Below are positions 20,539-30,956 of a stretch of 64,000 nucleotides of DNA, piece by piece (position 1 is the first letter of the stretch; each line of letters starts with the position of its first letter). The notes below the pieces were generated by a model, which was not told the DNA's origin, searched no databases, and worked only from the letters and a program-made list of their open reading frames with translations. Made by a program: the position numbers and the translations under genes. The stretch lies in contig OZ244744.1 in assembly GCA_965219455.1 (NCBI GenBank), forward strand, positions 1,600,001-1,664,000, in the 5' to 3' direction. Source of the DNA: Candidatus Latescibacterota bacterium (GTDB lineage: Bacteria; Latescibacterota; UBA2968; GCA-2709665).

Positions 20539-21474
20539 ATGGTCTATGTCGTTTTGATTGTTCTCTTGATTCTCGTGGTTATTTTCCGTCTGACGCGTGG
20601 AAAGGGTTTGAGAAGCGAGGTACATCCTGAGGGCGACGAAGCACTGGCGGCAGAAGTGGCAGATATGGTGATCGATGGGCGGCAGGAATACCTGCCCGCC
20701 GCAAGCCATCCTATATTGGGTGGCGTGCTACGCGAATTGCTTGGCCGCCTCGGGACAGACGCGGAACAGGTACTGGTCAGACGGGGATTTACACACGACG
20801 CCGGGGCAATGCGCACCAATGAAGAAAAATCCCGGAATCTGAGAGTGTTTGATCCGGCGGAAAACATGATGCAGATTGTCGAGCGGGCGTTGCTGGTGGG
20901 AATTCAGGTGGCGCGTGTGGACGACGACTACGCCGGTGTGGGCGATGACCACCTGGACCTGGAGGCACTGGCACGCAAAGCCGAAGCCATTGAATTGGAT
21001 CTGTTCGGAGAGGGGAAGCGCGATCGTTACGGTTTTTACGGCAAGGCTGCGCTGGTGCTCCAGGATATGCTTCAAGATGAAAAAGAAGCATCTCGCAGGG
21101 AGGTCCTTCGAGGGATGCTGGAGATGGTCGACGACCGGATCGATGCCTTCCAGACGGAACTGGACAGGTCGATGGCGTACATCCCCGAGCCGGATACGTT
21201 GAGGTGGGGAGACAAGAGAGATCGGCAGTTATATTACTTCAAGATGGGCGTAACGAATTCGCTGCGACGAAGCGGACAGTTGGACAGCCTGGGCCATCTC
21301 TATCGGTACAGGGGGGTAAATTACGATGTCCTGGAAGCATACGATCTGGCTGCCCAGGAATGTCCGCAACTCTTCGCGGCCGATGTGATTGGGATCGACG
21401 GGTTGCTTCAGATGGGGTCCGGTGAGGTCCGGACGCTGGCCCGGCAGGCCCTGCCGGAGGGCGGGAGAACCTAG
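20539..21474 (+). CDS. hypothetical membrane-anchored protein
   Basis: RBS AAGGAG; N-terminal TM MVYVVLIVLLILVVIF; stop TAG lies inside the CTAG of repeat copy B. Confidence 0.7.
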   Translation: MVYVVLIVLLILVVIFRLTRGKGLRSEVHPEGDEALAAEVADMVIDGRQEYLPAASHPILGGVLRELLGRLGTDAEQVLVRRGFTHDAGAMRTNEEKSRNLRVFDPAENMMQIVERALLVGIQVARVDDDYAGVGDDHLDLEALARKAEAIELDLFGEGKRDRYGFYGKAALVLQDMLQDEKEASRREVLRGMLEMVDDRIDAFQTELDRSMAYIPEPDTLRWGDKRDRQLYYFKMGVTNSLRRSGQLDSLGHLYRYRGVNYDVLEAYDLAAQECPQLFAADVIGIDGLLQMGSGEVRTLARQALPEGGRT

Positions 21475-21538
21475 TGTTCCGACCCGGAAACAGATTGCCC
21501 GATTTCGGACGCCGGGTCGCCCGGCTCGCAAGGCGCCT
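21471..21538 (+). mobile_element. partial copy B of the 168-bp MITE-like repeat
   Basis: CTAGTGTTCCGACCCGGAAACAGATTGCC...GTCGCCCGGCT...GCGCCTG matches the first ~70 bp of copies A and C. Confidence 0.7.
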
Positions 21539-21646
21539 GATGAAGGACGGAGTGGATAAAATGTCACGGTTGTCGATTGAGCCCGGGGAGATCGAATGCG
21601 AGGTTCTGTTTGACAGGATCTGACGACCGGCAACGGGGGGCCGAAT

Positions 21647-21681
21647 TCGAGGGGACGTAAATCGAGGGGACGTAAATCGAG
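21647..21681. repeat. 15-bp tandem repeat (2.3 copies)
   Basis: TCGAGGGGACGTAAA x2 followed by TCGAG. Confidence 0.8.
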
Positions 21682-21720
21682 AGATGGGAGATGAAGGCTT
21701 CTCTTGCAGACTAACGAGCG

Positions 21721-21750
21721 AAGCCGCCACGCAGCGCGTGGCGGCTTTTG
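21721..21750. terminator. intrinsic terminator hairpin between convergent genes
   Basis: AAGCCGCCACGC-AGC-GCGTGGCGGCTT followed by T residues on the plus strand. Confidence 0.75.
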
Positions 21751-21755
21751 TATTC

Positions 21756-22034
21756 CTATTTCCCCCCTCGGGACTTTTCGAAATAGGGGCGGACGCGTAC
21801 GATGACGTCCTCATCCAGTTTGCATTGTGACACGATTTGCGTGAACTTTTCCGCCGGCAAGCCGAGTTCCTCCAGGAACTTCCGGTCGGCGGGTCAGGGG
21901 TAGATATAGTCGCCGATGTTGTTCCGCAGCATCGCCCGGGCTTTGTCCGTAATCCGCGGCAGCCAGGGGATACCGCCCATGGCAAGCGTTCGCCCGCGGG
22001 GACGGAATTCAATGGACTCGTTCATGGCATCCAT
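21756..22034 (-). CDS. DUF5069-like small protein with in-frame UGA (codon 47); candidate selenoprotein, 92 aa
   Basis: RBS AAGGAG 8 nt before ATG; MDAMNESIEFRPRGRTLAMGGIPWLPRITDKARAMLRNNIGDYIYP[TGA]PADRKFLEELGLPAEKFTQIVSQCKLDEDVIVRVRPYFEKSRGGK*; family-like sequence continues past the TGA; absent from the ORF track because each half is under 60 aa. Confidence 0.8.
21851..21893 (-). promoter_or_regulatory. putative bacterial SECIS element immediately 3' of the UGA
   Basis: C-CCGCCG-A-CCG-GA-AGUUCC-[UGGA]-GGAACU-CGG-CUUGC-CGGCGG; 19 nt between UGA and apical loop, G at loop position 2. Confidence 0.7.
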
Positions 22035-22121
22035 CTGGTCGGCTCCTTTCCGTATAGGGGTTGAATGTCAAAAAATACACTTAACAGCGTACGAAAGCAA
22101 ATGGATATTGCGATCAGAAGC

Positions 22122-22703
22122 TTAATCGCCTCGGCCCACGTTCTGGTAAATGGATAACGAATTGCCTCCGTAGGTCTTCCGTATGCGCAACGAAAGGTGC
22201 CGGGTGGCGGCGGGTAACTCCAGGTCTGCGAAGTGTTGAATGAGGATATGGCCCGACGGAGCAACGAGCGCGGATCCGCTCAGACGGGTGAGCATCGCGA
22301 GGGCGAACGGAACGTCGTCCAGTTGAAGTTGGTATGGCGGATCCACGTATATGACGTCAAAAAGCCGTTGTTCCGCCTCCAGCAGCGGCAGGAGTCTTTC
22401 GGCGGGCTGATTCAGCAGGCGGATCTGTTTTTCCGCCCCCCAGTCCTTCAGCAGCATTGAAATAAAGCGGTGCCTGCGACGATTCGGTTCGTTCAGCAAC
22501 ACCCGGGCGCCCCGGCTGTACGCCTCGAGACCGATCTGACCTGAACAGGAAAAGAGGTCGAGAAAGTGGAGATGGTCGAGTCTGGTACCCAGAATCGTAA
22601 ATGCGGACTCTTTGATCCTTCCCGGCGTTACGCGGGCGTTGCCGTGTTTTCTGACGTCAAAGGGAATGGTCCTGCCTTTGAGTTTGCCCGTGATGATACG
22701 CAT
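22122..22703 (-). CDS. rsmD: 16S rRNA m2G966 methyltransferase RsmD family
   Basis: MRIITGKLKGR, FLDLFSCSGQIGLEAYSRGA, DVIYVDPPY, KTYG. Confidence 0.88.
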   Translation of the reverse strand: MRIITGKLKGRTIPFDVRKHGNARVTPGRIKESAFTILGTRLDHLHFLDLFSCSGQIGLEAYSRGARVLLNEPNRRRHRFISMLLKDWGAEKQIRLLNQPAERLLPLLEAEQRLFDVIYVDPPYQLQLDDVPFALAMLTRLSGSALVAPSGHILIQHFADLELPAATRHLSLRIRKTYGGNSLSIYQNVGRGD

Positions 22704-22850
22704 GAGAACAAAAGGAGAAGTTAAAGAGCCGTTCGGCGTTGGCGCCCCGGCGACTGAATGACGCGGCACGGCGGACGCGATCGAATTCAGGACGAGGCTG
22801 AAGAAATTCAGGAGCGAATCAATCGGACGAATGCGCAGCCTGTTTCCGCG

Positions 22851-25847
22851 TCAATACCCCTCCAGCCGGCTCAGGTCGGCAATGCCGTCCGCAAGTGAGG
22901 CGATACGCTGAACCAGAGCAAGACGGGCCCCGCGAAGCACAGGATCTTCGTCCATTACCAGGACCTCCTCGAAGAAGCTGTTAATGGGGCCGCGCAGGTC
23001 GGCCAGCACATTTTCCAGGGTATCGATCTTATCTTCGGAACGGTCCATCGTGCAGCGGGCGTCCCTCCAATTCTGATGTAATCTACGTGAGGAAGGGGTT
23101 GGATCCGCGTCCGGATTCAATGGATGGATTTCATCGAGGTTCCGTACAATACGCTTGCACCGCGCGTATGCATGAAGCCTTTCCGTCCAGTTTTCCGAAC
23201 GAACCATCTGATCGAGGCCTTCCACAATGGTGCGGAGCCCGAATGGGTCGTCGCATCCACCGGCAAGGGCGGCCTCGACCACGTCGTGGCGAAAACCCTC
23301 CTCTTTCAGTTGTACGCCCAGACGGCGCAGGATGAACGTATAAGCGTCGATCAATCGATCGGCATCGATTCGGATAGGCAGCTCCGTTGCCGCGGCCTCC
23401 AGGCCTTTCTTCAGGGAGAAGTGACAGCGTTTCCCGATAAGCAGTGCCAGAAGGCCCAGCGCGTCTCGACGCAGCCCATAGGGGTCGGCGGTCGACCGGG
23501 GCTTGATTCCAGCGCAGAACAGCCCGGCCAGGCTGTCCAGCCGGTCGGCTACCGAGACCGCAAATCCGGATTCGCTTGCCGGCAGCATATCGCCGGGAAA
23601 CCGGGGAAGGTAGTGTTCCTGGATGGCCATAGCCACTGCGTCGGTCTCCTTGGACATCAAGGCGTAGTAGCGGCCCATCACGCCCTGAAGGGTCGTCATC
23701 TCGACGACCATACCGGTGGCCAGATCCGCTTTGCTAAGCCGGGCCGCTCTTTTCGCTGTTTTCGTACCGCCTTCCGTCAAACCCAGATCGGGGGCGACCA
23801 CGGTGAGCAGTCGCTCGATTCGCTCGCTCTTGTCCCTAACGGATCCCAGTTCGTCCTGGTAGGTGAGCGTATCCAACCTCGGCAGGTAGGCTTCCAGGGG
23901 CTTTCGGCCATCTTCCCGGTAGAAGAAGGCGGCGTCTGCATATCTGGCGCGAACGACATTCTCGTTCCCGCGAATGACGGGGCCTGGATCGGCCGGCCGG
24001 CCATTGGAAACGGCCACGAAATAGGGCAGCAGCAGGCCTGTCTGCGGGTGTACTACGGGGAAGTAGCGCTGGTATTTCTTGAGTACGGTGACCAGAACTT
24101 CCTGCGGTAGTTCAAGATGGACTTCATCGAAACCGCCGCGCAACGCGAAGGGCGCTTCGACCAGATCGGTAACTTCGTCCAGCAGATCCGGATCTTCCTG
24201 TACGCTACCGCCCACCACCCGAGCCTGTTCGAGAACCTGTTTCCAGATGGTTTCTCTTCGCCGATCGCGGTTGACGATCAGACCGCGTTCCTCCATTTGT
24301 AGATGATAGGTGTCGGCGGATTCCAGCTGGACGGGCGGAGCACCCTCGGGCCTCGATCCATGGCTGGTACGTCCACTCCGGATCCGGGCGAAGGGGAACG
24401 GGATAATCTGGTTTCCAAAAAGGGCGACAATCCAGCGGAGAGGACGGGGATACGCGAAACCGTCGGAGTCCCAGCGCATGGTTTTCGGGAAGTTCAAGCC
24501 CGCGATCAGTTCGGGAAGGAGTTTCGTCAGGATTTCCTGTGTTTCGAGTCCGGACTCGTGGCGCCGGGCGTAGACGTATTCAATGCCCTTGTCGTCTTTC
24601 CTGTGTTCCACTGAACCTGGAGAGACGCCCTGACCGCGACAGAATCCTTCAAGGGCGCGTGTGGGTTTTCCCTCGCCGTCGTAGGCGGCCTTGACGGCCG
24701 GTCCGCGCACTTCGCGTTCCCGGTCCGTCTGCCGGCCCTCGAGGTTCCGGACGCTGGCGACAAGCCGTCTGGGTGTACCCGTTATTTCGACGCCGTCATA
24801 TCCGAGCCTCTGCTCTCGAAGAAGCTCGGGCAGGCGACTCTCGAGCTGTTCGATGCCCGACCGCACGTCGTGGGGCGGAAGTTCTTCGGATCCGATCTCC
24901 AGAAGGAGGTCGGCCCGATCGCAGGATTTAAAGTCCCGTCCAGGTTCCGGGGCAGCTGCGTCCCCGGTTTTCCTGATCAGGGGGTGGCCGGACGCCTCAC
25001 GCTGTCTGACAAAGCGTTCGGCGACCTGTCTGGCGAGATCGCGGATCTGCGCGAAGTACCGCGCACGTTCGGTAACGCCTATGGCCCCCCGTGTGTCCAG
25101 CAGGTTGAAGGTGTGGGAGCACCGCAACACGTAGTCATGGGCGGGAATAACGAGATCGCGGTCTATGGCGGCTCCGGCTTCTTCGAGAAAGAGATTGAAC
25201 ATGGTCTGCAGGCGCTTGACGTTTGCGTAGTAAAACTCGTAATTGCAATACTCCACTTCCTGCTGCCTGAGAATGTCGCCGTAGGTGACCTGCTCATTCC
25301 AGCGTAGCTGCCAGACTTCGCGCACATCCTGAACATACATGGCAATTCGTTCCATGCCGTAGGTGATTTCCACGGGAACGGGGTCGAGCGGCAGGCCTCC
25401 AGCCTGCTGGAAGTAGGTGAACTGGGTGATTTCCAGGCCATCGAGCCAGACCTCCCAGCCCAGGCCCCACGCGCCCAGCGCGGGCGATTCCCAGTTGTCT
25501 TCCACGAAACGGATGTCGTGCTGCCGGCGATTCAGACCCAACGCTTCCAGGCTGTCCAGGTAGAGTTCCTGGGGGTTGCCCGGCTCGGGTTTGAGAACAA
25601 CCTGGTACTGCGTGTGCATTTGCATCCGGTTCGGGTTCTCGCCGAACCGGCCGTCGTCGGGGCGGAAGCTGGGTTCAACGTAGGCTACGTTCCAGGGCTC
25701 GGGTCCCAGCACGCGAAGCGCGGTGCTCGGGTTCAGCGTACCCGCGCCCACCTTTTCGCTAAGCGGCTGCCAGATGATACACCCGTTATCCGCCCAGAAT
25801 CGTTCAAGACGAAGAATGAGTTCCTGGAAGGTAGATGTGGCGTTCAC
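22851..25847 (-). CDS. glyQS: glycine--tRNA ligase, fused alpha/beta subunits
   Basis: Alpha motifs ([45 protein letters not shown]) continue in frame into beta motifs ([25 protein letters not shown]). Confidence 0.96.
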   Translation of the reverse strand: MNATSTFQELILRLERFWADNGCIIWQPLSEKVGAGTLNPSTALRVLGPEPWNVAYVEPSFRPDDGRFGENPNRMQMHTQYQVVLKPEPGNPQELYLDSLEALGLNRRQHDIRFVEDNWESPALGAWGLGWEVWLDGLEITQFTYFQQAGGLPLDPVPVEITYGMERIAMYVQDVREVWQLRWNEQVTYGDILRQQEVEYCNYEFYYANVKRLQTMFNLFLEEAGAAIDRDLVIPAHDYVLRCSHTFNLLDTRGAIGVTERARYFAQIRDLARQVAERFVRQREASGHPLIRKTGDAAAPEPGRDFKSCDRADLLLEIGSEELPPHDVRSGIEQLESRLPELLREQRLGYDGVEITGTPRRLVASVRNLEGRQTDREREVRGPAVKAAYDGEGKPTRALEGFCRGQGVSPGSVEHRKDDKGIEYVYARRHESGLETQEILTKLLPELIAGLNFPKTMRWDSDGFAYPRPLRWIVALFGNQIIPFPFARIRSGRTSHGSRPEGAPPVQLESADTYHLQMEERGLIVNRDRRRETIWKQVLEQARVVGGSVQEDPDLLDEVTDLVEAPFALRGGFDEVHLELPQEVLVTVLKKYQRYFPVVHPQTGLLLPYFVAVSNGRPADPGPVIRGNENVVRARYADAAFFYREDGRKPLEAYLPRLDTLTYQDELGSVRDKSERIERLLTVVAPDLGLTEGGTKTAKRAARLSKADLATGMVVEMTTLQGVMGRYYALMSKETDAVAMAIQEHYLPRFPGDMLPASESGFAVSVADRLDSLAGLFCAGIKPRSTADPYGLRRDALGLLALLIGKRCHFSLKKGLEAAATELPIRIDADRLIDAYTFILRRLGVQLKEEGFRHDVVEAALAGGCDDPFGLRTIVEGLDQMVRSENWTERLHAYARCKRIVRNLDEIHPLNPDADPTPSSRRLHQNWRDARCTMDRSEDKIDTLENVLADLRGPINSFFEEVLVMDEDPVLRGARLALVQRIASLADGIADLSRLEGY

Positions 25848-25954
25848 GAACGGTATCCTTTCGTTGTTTACGGCAGACGAACTGCCGTGACCCTCGGCAG
25901 GGGCGGCAAACCCGTATCCTGAACCGGTTTTTCGGACGCCGTTATCCGGCCACC

Positions 25955-27157
25955 TTAGCCGGCATCGGAAAGCCTCTTGATGGGCGTCCGGGAAACTCTG
26001 GATTTTACGTTCTTTTGAATCTGCTTGATAGACCGTTCCACGTTCCGGACCTTTTTTCTGCTGTCGTGGACGGCAACCGTAAGGTCCATTCGGCGGGTCT
26101 GGCCGGGGTCGAGCCTGGCCACGCGGCCCTGTTTGCGCTCGAACGGCTTGGGGTTGGGGTAGTTGGTAGCGGGTTCCAGGCCGGTGACGTATCCGTCTTC
26201 GGTTGCCGCCGTGTTTTTCCAGAGCGTAAAACAGGGCAACTGGTTGAGCGAACAGTGCAAGCTGGACCCCAGGTTTCCTTTGGCGTTCTTGAGCAGGACC
26301 GCCGTTTGCCCGCTTCCCCTCTTTCCGGCCAGTTCGTAAAAAAAGACCTGTTCCACAAAACCGGGTTCCGGCGCCTCGAATCTGTTATGGGCTTCCGCAC
26401 CCTCCTGCGCGCGGGTATCCCTGGGTGAAACGGATTTGAAGGGTGCAACCAGAGTGCTGCCACCTTCCAGAAACGGAGAGCCATAGTTGCAGTGATATAG
26501 CAGCTGCATTTCCGCGGGCTTTTGATTGAGGTTGCTAACACGATCCGAAATATTGAAGCTGTTGGCGCCGGGTTCCGTGGAGATAAAGGTGGTCAATCGC
26601 AGCGCGGGTCCGAACATCATGGTTTCGTCGACAACTCCCATCACGGTGATGCGATGCGGTGGCGCGAGGTCGATGCGGACTTCGACATGCCTCGCGGGAA
26701 TATTGGCGATCTTTCCATGAAGCGGGAGAAAAACCGCGGCCTCATTGCCGTTGTTGTCGATCACCACGTCGTTCGTCGGCGCGCCATTGCTCTCCAGACC
26801 GCAGCGAACGATCCATTCGTTGAAGCCCTTAAGCCAGCCGAGCCCACCCCGATCGTTGGCGTCTACATACGCCGGATGAACCAGGTCGCGGACCGGCGAT
26901 TCCCAGCCGACCGGAATATCCCCGTAGACGCCTTTCCAGATCCCCATGCCGCGGGTCGGCACAATGGAGAAGGAGAAGGCGCCGTTGTCCACTTCAATGA
27001 GGTCGATGCCCGCCTGGAGGCCGCCCTGAAGGGTTTTCTTTTTCACGCTCCACCCACGTCCGGTCCCCAGGGTCAGGGTTTCCTCATCTACACGCCAGGA
27101 TTCGGCCCAGAGCGCCCGTTCCACGTCGGTGAGCACGTGACGAAACATGCCGCCCAT
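25955..27157 (-). CDS. DUF4432 / aldose 1-epimerase family protein
   Basis: [49 protein letters not shown]; RBS AAGGAG before ATG 27157. Confidence 0.88.
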   Translation of the reverse strand: MGGMFRHVLTDVERALWAESWRVDEETLTLGTGRGWSVKKKTLQGGLQAGIDLIEVDNGAFSFSIVPTRGMGIWKGVYGDIPVGWESPVRDLVHPAYVDANDRGGLGWLKGFNEWIVRCGLESNGAPTNDVVIDNNGNEAAVFLPLHGKIANIPARHVEVRIDLAPPHRITVMGVVDETMMFGPALRLTTFISTEPGANSFNISDRVSNLNQKPAEMQLLYHCNYGSPFLEGGSTLVAPFKSVSPRDTRAQEGAEAHNRFEAPEPGFVEQVFFYELAGKRGSGQTAVLLKNAKGNLGSSLHCSLNQLPCFTLWKNTAATEDGYVTGLEPATNYPNPKPFERKQGRVARLDPGQTRRMDLTVAVHDSRKKVRNVERSIKQIQKNVKSRVSRTPIKRLSDAG

Positions 27158-27218
27158 GTAGAACTCCTTGTATAATAGGAGGTTGTAATACGAAATTTGC
27201 TTCAGAATAAGAAGCGGA

Positions 27219-27247
27219 AATATACTGTACACCCGGCAGCGTGTCAA
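27219..27247 (-). promoter_or_regulatory. sigma70-like promoter for the DUF4432 gene
   Basis: Minus strand TTGACA-N17-TATATT. Confidence 0.65.
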
Positions 27248-27495
27248 TGGAAGAAGCCCCACGATTCCCATGAAGGAACTGCCGGCAGAAGCGCTTTCCG
27301 TTTTGACGCGCACACCACTCCGCGTTCCGCGTATAAGAACGCCGGGCAGGCGCGGTCTCTGCTTTGCGGAAGATATCGTCGACAGGTCTCGATGAATCTG
27401 TTCGGCAGCCCGGGTGGTCCGCGGGTTCCCGGCTGGCCGCAGTACGACTGTGGTCGATCTTCGGCTCGCCGATGTCCGTCGATTTTCTTGTACGC

Positions 27496-27524
27496 TTGAC
27501 AATCCGAGCATTGGTCTTTAGTAT
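27496..27524 (+). promoter_or_regulatory. sigma70-like promoter for the Mur ligase/LD-carboxypeptidase genes
   Basis: TTGACA-N17-TAGTAT. Confidence 0.65.
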
Positions 27525-27566
27525 GGAGTCCGTGTGCATTGTGGTTGAACGGAGAAAGGAGCGGAC

Positions 27567-28931
27567 GTGGCGGCCGGGAAGACGGTCTTTTTCTGCGGGA
27601 TCGGCGGGAGCGGTATGAGCGCGCTGGCGCACGTGTTGCGGCATCACGGGCATGCGGTGCGCGGTTCCGACCGCAGCTGGGACCACGGACAGAACCGCAG
27701 GCTTTTCGAGCAGTTCCAGGCGCGGGGCATCTCGCTGTTTCGGCAGGATGGTTCGGGCGTGGACGACAGTGTGGACGAACTGGTCGTGTCGGCAGCGGTG
27801 GAGGAACACATCCCGGATGTGCGCGCCGCGTTGCGTCGGCAGATTCCCGTACGGAAGCGCGCGGAGGTGCTGGCGGAGCTATTCAACCGTGCGGAGGGAG
27901 TTGCGGTTGGGGGTACGAGCGGCAAGACCACGGTGGCAGGCATGATCGGTCACATCCTGAAGATGACGGGCAGAGACCCTACCGTAATCCTGGGAGGCGC
28001 GCTCCTGAATGAGTCGCCATCGCTTACGGGCAACGCAATCTGTGGCGATCCGAACCTCCCCGTGATCGAGGCGGATGAGAGCGACGGCACGATTGTCTTG
28101 TACGAGCCTTCAATTTCGGTGTTGACCAATATCTCGCAGGACCACAAGCCGCTTGAGGTCCTGTGCGGAATGTTCCGGGAATTTGTGCAAAAAGCCCGGC
28201 AGGCGGCTGTAATCAACGTGGACTGCGAGTCGTCCGTGGCCCTGGGCGTGGGTGGCATTGGCTTTGGAGTCGAAAATAACCGGGCGCAGATCTGCGCCGA
28301 GAAAATTCAACCGCTGGCAGACGGTGTGGCGTTTGAAGTCAACCGGGTCGGGTTTCGCCTGATGGTTCCGGGCCGGCACAATGTTTCCAACGCCGCCGCG
28401 GCCGTGGCCGCCTGCTCGTTGTCAGGCGTCACGGTCGGGCAATCGGCGGATGCGCTGGCTGATTTTGCGGGTATCCGGCGGCGCCTGCAGGTTCTGGGTA
28501 CAGCCGGCGGCGTGACGGTGATCGATGACTTCGCCCACAATCCCGACAAGATTTCGGCGTCTCTCGCGACACTCAAGGAACAGCCGGGGCGGTTGCTGGT
28601 GATGTTTCAGCCAACCGGATTCGCTCCAACGCGGTTTCTCAAGGACGGGCTGATTGCCGCTTTTGCGGATGGACTGGAGATACGGGACGTGCTTGCGATG
28701 CCTGAGATTTATTACGCGGGCGGATCAGCGGTGCGCGATATTTCCTCTCGAAATTTGATCGAAGCGATTTCCGGGCGGGGTATTCAGACAGCGTTTTTCA
28801 ACCAGCGCGAAGACATCTCGCGTTGGTTTTCCGAAACGGCGCGACCCGGCGACCGGGTGGTGATCATGGGAGCGCGTGACGACACGTTGACCGATTTCGC
28901 AACCGGGATATTGGAGTCGTTCGCGTCCTGA
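27567..28931 (+). CDS. Mur ligase, MurC/Mpl-like
   Basis: CGIGGSGMSALA, GSD, GTSGKTT, EADESDG, PGRHNVSNA, DDFAHNP. Confidence 0.9.
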   Translation: MAAGKTVFFCGIGGSGMSALAHVLRHHGHAVRGSDRSWDHGQNRRLFEQFQARGISLFRQDGSGVDDSVDELVVSAAVEEHIPDVRAALRRQIPVRKRAEVLAELFNRAEGVAVGGTSGKTTVAGMIGHILKMTGRDPTVILGGALLNESPSLTGNAICGDPNLPVIEADESDGTIVLYEPSISVLTNISQDHKPLEVLCGMFREFVQKARQAAVINVDCESSVALGVGGIGFGVENNRAQICAEKIQPLADGVAFEVNRVGFRLMVPGRHNVSNAAAAVAACSLSGVTVGQSADALADFAGIRRRLQVLGTAGGVTVIDDFAHNPDKISASLATLKEQPGRLLVMFQPTGFAPTRFLKDGLIAAFADGLEIRDVLAMPEIYYAGGSAVRDISSRNLIEAISGRGIQTAFFNQREDISRWFSETARPGDRVVIMGARDDTLTDFATGILESFAS

Positions 28932-28988
28932 CGACCGACGCCGGTTGTCCGCCAGCGTAGTCGCGAGATTTGGAGATGGGAAAGTCTA

Positions 28989-29894
28989 TTGGTTGTTCCA
29001 CCGTACATTCGACGTGGCGATCTGATCGGGATCGTGTCGCCTTCGGGATCGTTTGAACCGGAACGATTGCGTCCGGGCCTGGCGTACCTGCGGGATCGGG
29101 GCTACCGCGTGCGGGTCGGGTCGGCGGTTTACGATCGGAATCGGTACCTGGCGGGACAGGATCCCGCCAGGGCGGCGGATTTGAACGCTATGTTCGCCGA
29201 CCCCGAGGTCCGGGCTGTCTTTGCGACCCGCGGTGGTTTCGGGGCCGCGCGTGTATTGGAATTTCTGGACTACGGTTCCATCCGGAAATATCCGAAGCCC
29301 CTTGTGGGGTTCAGCGATACGACCGCGCTGCAACTGGGGATTTACGGTCGTACCGGGATGGTGAGTTATTCGGGCGTGACGCTGTCCGGAGACGTTACGG
29401 TGTCCGGTATGCCGGAAACAACGGAAACATCTCTGTGGAACGCGCTCACCTCGGGGCGTTTTGACGCGATTGGCGGTATCATGGCGCTGCGGGGACGAAC
29501 CGCGGAAGGGAGGCTGTTGGGCGGTTGCCTTTCTGTGATCTCGTCGCTCTCGGGTACTGGATATTTGCCGGATACCGGGGGTGCTTTGCTGTTTCTTGAA
29601 GACGTGAACGAAGCCCCCTACCGGGTGGACCGCATGCTGACCCAACTCCGAATGGCGGGTGTGTTCGACCGCGTCGCCGGTGTTGTATTCGGGCAGTTCG
29701 AGGGCTGCGAGCCGGAAAGGGAGGAGGAGGGCACCGTGGACGACGTTCTCCGTGATTTTTCGACTTCAGTTGCCGCTCCGGTATTCTGTGGACTTCCGTA
29801 TGGGCACGGAGCGGGACGGCAGGTGCTGCCGATCGGACTTCCGGCTACCGTGAACGGAAGCCGGGGCACGCTGCAAATCGAGACCGGCGGGTAG
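28989..29894 (+). CDS. LD-carboxypeptidase (peptidase S66, LdcA-like)
   Basis: IVSPSG, TRGGFG, GFSDTT nucleophile, LEDVNE, PYGHG. Confidence 0.92.
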   Translation: MVVPPYIRRGDLIGIVSPSGSFEPERLRPGLAYLRDRGYRVRVGSAVYDRNRYLAGQDPARAADLNAMFADPEVRAVFATRGGFGAARVLEFLDYGSIRKYPKPLVGFSDTTALQLGIYGRTGMVSYSGVTLSGDVTVSGMPETTETSLWNALTSGRFDAIGGIMALRGRTAEGRLLGGCLSVISSLSGTGYLPDTGGALLFLEDVNEAPYRVDRMLTQLRMAGVFDRVAGVVFGQFEGCEPEREEEGTVDDVLRDFSTSVAAPVFCGLPYGHGAGRQVLPIGLPATVNGSRGTLQIETGG

Positions 29895-30057
29895 CGGTCC
29901 GTCTCACGTGGAATTGGTGAGGGCGCCCTTCAGTGGGTAACGACCGGTATCAGGCGTTGGTCTGGTAGTACCATTAATATGCAGTGCGAAGCGTTACTGG
30001 CTGGCTCGTTCGGATTCAGGTAACAGCCAGCCGGCAGTCGGACCGTAGTGAGAGGCT

Positions 30058-30930
30058 ATGCTGGCGATGTCGAAAATGTCTGACTTGCGTGGGTTGATAA
30101 CTGTCTGCCTGGCAGGATCAATTGTGTCCTGCGCGGCGGTGAGCCAGTTCAATATATTGAGTACGGAGCAGGAAGTCGAAATCGGCCGGGAGGCGGCGCG
30201 TGAAGTTGAGCGGGAACTCAGACTCTATAACGACCCCGCCGTCGCGGCGTACATCAACAGCCTGGGCCAGACCCTCGCACGGCATTCACGGCGATCGGAC
30301 CTGACCTATTATTTCAGAGTGGTGGATACGGATGAAGTAAACGCATTTGCGCTGCCGGGCGGCTGGCTTTACGTCAACCGTGGGCTGATAACAACTGCGG
30401 AGAACGAGTCGCAACTGGCAGCGGTCATCGGTCATGAAATCGGGCACGTGGATGGCAAACACGGCGCGGAGGCAATCAGCAGGCAGCTTGGCGCCGCCTT
30501 TGTTCTGGAGATGACTCTGGGAGGAAAGGACGCTACCTCGCGCCGCCGGACTGGAAGGCAGATCGCCGCTTTCTTCATCGGGATGAAACAGTTGAGTTAT
30601 GGTCGGGATGCCGAGCGGGAAGCAGACCGGTTTGCCGTGGAAGCAACATACGCGGCGGGGATCGATCCGGAAGGTACGGCCACCTTTTTCGAAAAGCTGA
30701 TGGCGATGCAGAAGAAAGAACCTGGACGGCTGGAGGTCCTGTTTTCCACCCATCCCCCCAGTCGGGAGCGGGTCAACAACGCGCGCGGGCAGATAGGTGG
30801 ATTGCCCCCCAAAACGGGCTTGACAATGGATTCCCGCCGGTTTCGCGAGGTAAAGAAAAGAATTCTGGAACGGGAGCGGGCGCGACGAGGAAAAAAAGCC
30901 ACAGGGGAGGGAAGACGGCGGAGACGATAA
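30058..30930 (+). CDS. M48 family metallopeptidase, lipoprotein
   Basis: VNAFALPGG, HEIGH, EREAD, STHP; lipobox IVSC. Confidence 0.92.
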   Translation: MLAMSKMSDLRGLITVCLAGSIVSCAAVSQFNILSTEQEVEIGREAAREVERELRLYNDPAVAAYINSLGQTLARHSRRSDLTYYFRVVDTDEVNAFALPGGWLYVNRGLITTAENESQLAAVIGHEIGHVDGKHGAEAISRQLGAAFVLEMTLGGKDATSRRRTGRQIAAFFIGMKQLSYGRDAEREADRFAVEATYAAGIDPEGTATFFEKLMAMQKKEPGRLEVLFSTHPPSRERVNNARGQIGGLPPKTGLTMDSRRFREVKKRILERERARRGKKATGEGRRRRR

Positions 30931-30956
30931 AAGCCGATTCGACCTGTGCGCCGGTT

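Noticed and set aside
21647-21681. Mini-CRISPR or iteron array
   Set aside because: Only 2.3 adjacent 15-bp copies with no spacers; simple slippage duplication
21239-22012. 257-aa minus-strand ORF from the track
   Set aside because: Low-complexity Arg/Pro/Ser translation running through a terminator and repeats; the coding signal here is in another frame (UGA-containing gene)
25848-25954. T-box leader for glyQS
   Set aside because: Gap is only about 105 bp and no T-box consensus was seen
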